Of a stretch of DNA of 64,000 bases, positions 62,848 to 64,000 are shown in pieces. The position numbers and the translations under genes were made by a program. The notes under the pieces are model-generated. The model saw only the letters and a list, made by a program, of their open reading frames with translations. It was not told the DNA's origin and searched no databases. Position 1 is the stretch's first letter. The number at the start of each line of letters is the position of its first letter. The stretch comes from an uncultured delta proteobacterium (lineage in GTDB: Bacteria; Myxococcota; Myxococcia; Myxococcales; Myxococcaceae). The stretch lies in assembly GCA_963796055.1 (NCBI GenBank), contig CAWCKH010000004.1:512001-576000 (forward strand), in the 5' to 3' direction.

Positions 62848-64000
62848 GCGCGATCGACTGGGCGGTGCTGGTACTCACCCTGGTGGGCATCGTGGCCTTC
62901 GGCGCCTGGCGGAGCCGAGGTGTGCACACCACCGAGTCCTTTCTCCGCGCGGGGAAGGACATCCGCTGGTGGACCATCGGCCTGTCGGTCATCGCCACCC
63001 AGGCCAGCGCCATCACCTTCCTCTCGCTGCCCGGGCAGGCCTACCAGGACGGGCTCGGCTTCGTGCAGTTCTACTTCGGGCTGCCGATCGCCATGGTGCT
63101 GCTCTCGGCGATCGCCCTCCCCGTCTACCACCGGCTGCGCGTCTACACCGCGTACGAGTACCTCGAGCAGCGCTTCGACCGGCGGACGCGGCAGTTCACC
63201 GCGCTGCTCTTCCTGGTCTCGCGCGGTCTGGCCTCGGGGCTGGCCATCTACGCGCCGGCGCTGGTGCTGTCGGCGGTGCTGGGATGGCCGGTGATCTGGA
63301 CCAACTTCGTCCTCGGGGGGGTGACCATCGTGTACACCGTGGCCGGTGGGAGCCGCGCGGTGAGCCGGACCCAGACCGCGCAGATGGCGGTCATCCTGGT
63401 CGGACTGATCGTCGCGCTGGGGGTGGCCATCGGCCAGCTCCCCCCTGGCGTGTCCTTCGGCAAGGGCGTGGCGCTGGCCGGGGCCCTGGGAAAGCTCCAC
63501 GGGGTGGACACCTCGCTCCGGCTCGACACCCGGTACACGCTCTGGTCCGGGCTGCTCGGGGGACTCTTCGTGCAGCTGGCCTACTTCGGCACCGACCAGT
63601 CGCAGGTACAGCGGTACCTCGCCGGGGGCCCCCTGGCCGAGAGCCGGCGCGGCCTGCTGATGAACGGGCTGCTCAAGGTGCCGATGCAGCTCTTCATCCT
63701 CTTCATCGGGGTGATGGTCTTCGTCGTCTACCAGCTGAGCCCACCGCCGCTGTTCTTCAACCGGGCGGAGCTGGAGCGGGTACGGGCCAGCCATCCCGCG
63801 GAGGTGGCCACGTTCGAGGCCACCCACGCGCGTCTCTTCGCCGAGAAGCGCCGGGCCATCGATGCCTGGCTCGCCAGCCCCGGCGACGCCTCCGAGCTCC
63901 GCGCCGCCGAGGCCCGGGTAGAGGCGCTGCGAAGGGAGACCGGTGCGCTGGTGGCGCGGGCCCGGCCTGGCGCCGATCCGAAGGACGCCGACTTCATCTT
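62844..64000 (+). CDS. Sodium:solute symporter (SSS family), runs off window end
   Basis: Manual translation: MSAIDWAVL...WWTIGLSVIATQASAITFLSLPGQAY...TAYEYLEQRFD...YFGTDQSQVQRYL. Confidence 0.93.
   Translation, partial: MSAIDWAVLVLTLVGIVAFGAWRSRGVHTTESFLRAGKDIRWWTIGLSVIATQASAITFLSLPGQAYQDGLGFVQFYFGLPIAMVLLSAIALPVYHRLRVYTAYEYLEQRFDRRTRQFTALLFLVSRGLASGLAIYAPALVLSAVLGWPVIWTNFVLGGVTIVYTVAGGSRAVSRTQTAQMAVILVGLIVALGVAIGQLPPGVSFGKGVALAGALGKLHGVDTSLRLDTRYTLWSGLLGGLFVQLAYFGTDQSQVQRYLAGGPLAESRRGLLMNGLLKVPMQLFILFIGVMVFVVYQLSPPPLFFNRAELERVRASHPAEVATFEATHARLFAEKRRAIDAWLASPGDASELRAAEARVEALRRETGALVARARPGADPKDADFI

Overview
High-GC bacterial chromosome segment, most consistent with a myxobacterium (Myxococcota). 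The evidence is an MtsC-like thrombospondin/MYXO-CTERM protein, a second MYXO-CTERM-like tail and bacillithiol genes. Housekeeping content: glgC, fused trehalose-6-P synthase/phosphatase, UvrD/PcrA, FabF, acyl-CoA dehydrogenase, purU, DAHP synthase, bshC-bshA, and a complete ilvB-ilvN-leuA-leuC-leuD-leuB-ilvD-ilvC-ilvE operon preceded by a readable leader-peptide attenuator. Four candidate systems stand out. (1) A 930-aa ClpA/B-type double AAA+ ATPase with an LGF ClpP-docking loop, fused to a full-length RF2-like module that lacks both GGQ and SPF. (2) A divergent lipid-tailoring cluster: cfa-like methylase plus geranylgeranyl-reductase-like enzyme, opposite a delta-9 desaturase plus P450. (3) A four-gene envelope operon: Yx(FWY)xxD lipoprotein, YceI, haem-c/beta-barrel protein and a MYXO-CTERM-like monohaem cytochrome. 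(4) bshCA head-to-head with an exported PIG-L hydrolase, a small membrane protein and an SSS symporter. Several gene remnants are present: TolB-like/TTC38 chimera, frameshifted dihaem cytochrome, frameshifted B3 metallo-beta-lactamase, truncated DHOR and truncated PhoX. I recognised no rRNA, tRNA, CRISPR array or transposase. All family calls come from motif recognition by eye, not from database searches.
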